A stretch of 63,966 nucleotides of DNA, filler included, from Octopus bimaculoides (lineage: Eukaryota), in the NCBI RefSeq assembly GCF_001194135.2. It is 5 parts of 5 records of this genome, joined end to end, with 100 filler letters (N's around TTAATTAATTAA, not from the genome) between each part and the next. Parts side by side here need not be neighbours in the genome. Positions count along the whole stretch, not along the records: positions 49,147 to 62,790 come from NC_068985.1; positions 62,891 to 63,966 come from NW_026341703.1; 3 more parts are not named here. One strand, 5' to 3'. Shown piece after piece: positions 62,633-63,966 of this stretch (position 1 is the first letter of the stretch; the number at the start of each line of letters is the position of its first letter). The notes below the pieces were generated by a model, which was not told the origin of the DNA, searched no databases, and saw only the letters and a list, made by a program, of their open reading frames with translations. A program made the position numbers and the translations under genes.

Positions 62633-62959
62633 ATAAGTTTGACTCTGTCCGTTATTCACACTGCGTTCCTTTTTGTTTGTTTCTGCGCATGTGTGTGGGT
62701 CAGTGTGTCTGTGTTTGCCTATACATGCATGCATGTATGTATACATGTGTGTGTATGCATGTATGTGAGTGTGCGCATATATATATATATNNNNNNNNNN
62801 NNNNNNNNNNNNNNNNNNNNNNNNNNNNNNNNNNTTAATTAATTAANNNNNNNNNNNNNNNNNNNNNNNNNNNNNNNNNNNNNNNNNNNNATACATACAT
62901 ACATACATACATACACACATACATATACATACATACATATTTCTGTGTGTGCGTGAGTG

Positions 62960-63178
62960 TGTGTGTGGCTTTTTGTTTGTATTTGTCCCTAGCACCGATG
63001 TCGGTTTGTTTATATCCCCGTAACTTAGCGGTCCGGCCTAAGAGCTCGATAGAACAAGTAGCAGAGTTAAAATAGATAAGTACTGGGGTTAATTTGTTCG
63101 ACTAAACCCTTCAATGTGGTGCTTCAGCCTGGCCTCAGCCTGACAGCAGCCCAATGAATGAAAGGAGAAAAAGATCAA
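62960..63178 (+). mobile_element. SINE right module E
   Basis: CCCCGTAACTTAGCGGTCCGGC...GATAGAACAAGTA...TAAGTACTGGGG...TTCGACTAAA...GTGGTGCTTCAGC. Confidence 0.78.
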
Positions 63179-63359
63179 TATTTCTAGATTTAGATACCGC
63201 CTTGTTCAATACGACTCTCTCAAATCCGCAATAAAACTTCTATGTTGTAGCTCGACCTACTCAAAATAGCAACCAAATGTAAATTACAGCTTATCATTTT
63301 CATAAAAGGGTGGGATACATTGGATAGTATGAACTTTGGTACATATAAGAAGTCAAGAT

Positions 63360-63619
63360 GGTAAAGGTAAAGGTTACCTTCTCGAGACATACCGACTCAC
63401 AAACTCCGGTTTCCCGGTCTCCATGGCGTATATATTCCCCACCGGGATGGGACGCCAATCCATCGCAGGTTTACTCATGTTTAGCAGCTGAGTGGACTGG
63501 AGCAACGTGAAATGAAGTGCTTTGCTTGAGAACACAACGCGTCACTCATTCCAGGAATCAAAACCACAATCTTACGATCATGAGTCCAACACCCTAACCA
63601 CTAAACCACGCGCCTCCAC
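63360..63619 (-). mobile_element. SINE family D2 (D head + CORE-like domain + alternative tail ending in (ACCTTT)n)
   Basis: Head GTGGAGGCGCGTGGTTTAGTGGTTAGG, CORE-like GCACTTCATTTCACGTTGCTCCAGTCCACTCAGCTG, then CCTGCGATGGATTGGCGTCCCATCCC and terminal ACCTTTACCTTTACC. Confidence 0.85.
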
Positions 63620-63966
63620 AACAAGTCGAGATGGCCATGACTAGAATGCCTTTGACTTTGGAGCTGCACGATCAGTGATCACTTGATATTAAAGAACAAT
63701 TGTAATCACCACAGCATCATTTTGTCGCTCTTGAATACCTCCAGCGGTGGTTCATCAGCAACAAGCATTCTTACTCCTCACCACCACCACCACCACCACC
63801 CCATTCATGCTGATTGTGTTATTACTATATAGTCTGAATGAAGGTGTATATTTTAACTGTAACTCTTTTCAACTCACCGTCATAATGACAAGGTTTAATT
63901 CTTGTACCGAGTGACTCGTTGTACCCATAAACAAAGACTCCATTGAGCCTGCTAAGCTGTAAGTGA

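Overview
This is eukaryotic, AT-rich animal genomic DNA from a gappy short-read assembly (about 5.7 kb, ~9%, is N). It is most likely a coleoid cephalopod such as Octopus; that is an inference from the extreme microsatellite density and tRNA-derived SINE families, not a database result. I find no supportable host protein-coding exon, rRNA, true tRNA gene or CRISPR array. Essentially all ORFs in the track are microsatellite read-through, gap-spanning artefacts or decayed transposon fragments. The window is a transposon graveyard containing: several tRNA-derived SINE families (labelled A-E here) that swap modules; R4/Dong-type RLE retrotransposon fragments and a ~500-bp non-coding element (F), both tied to (TAA)n repeats; CR1-, RTE- and I/Jockey-type LINE remnants; several Penelope-like element (PLE) remnants; a Helitron Rep fragment and HINE/DINE-like elements; Tc1/mariner and hAT relics; and several MITEs and foldbacks. 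Best leads: (1) an apparently intact minimal hammerhead ribozyme in a PLE-type terminal repeat at 52600-52645, and a second hammerhead-like arrangement at 39905-40032; (2) a mariner derivative with two 3' ends; (3) a microsatellite-targeted retroelement pile-up at 23.5-26.3 kb; (4) a nested foldback at 53.9-54.7 kb dated by a SINE insertion. None is proven to be a new biological system. The TTAATTAATTAA islands inside gaps and a duplicated 237-bp block are assembly artefacts.
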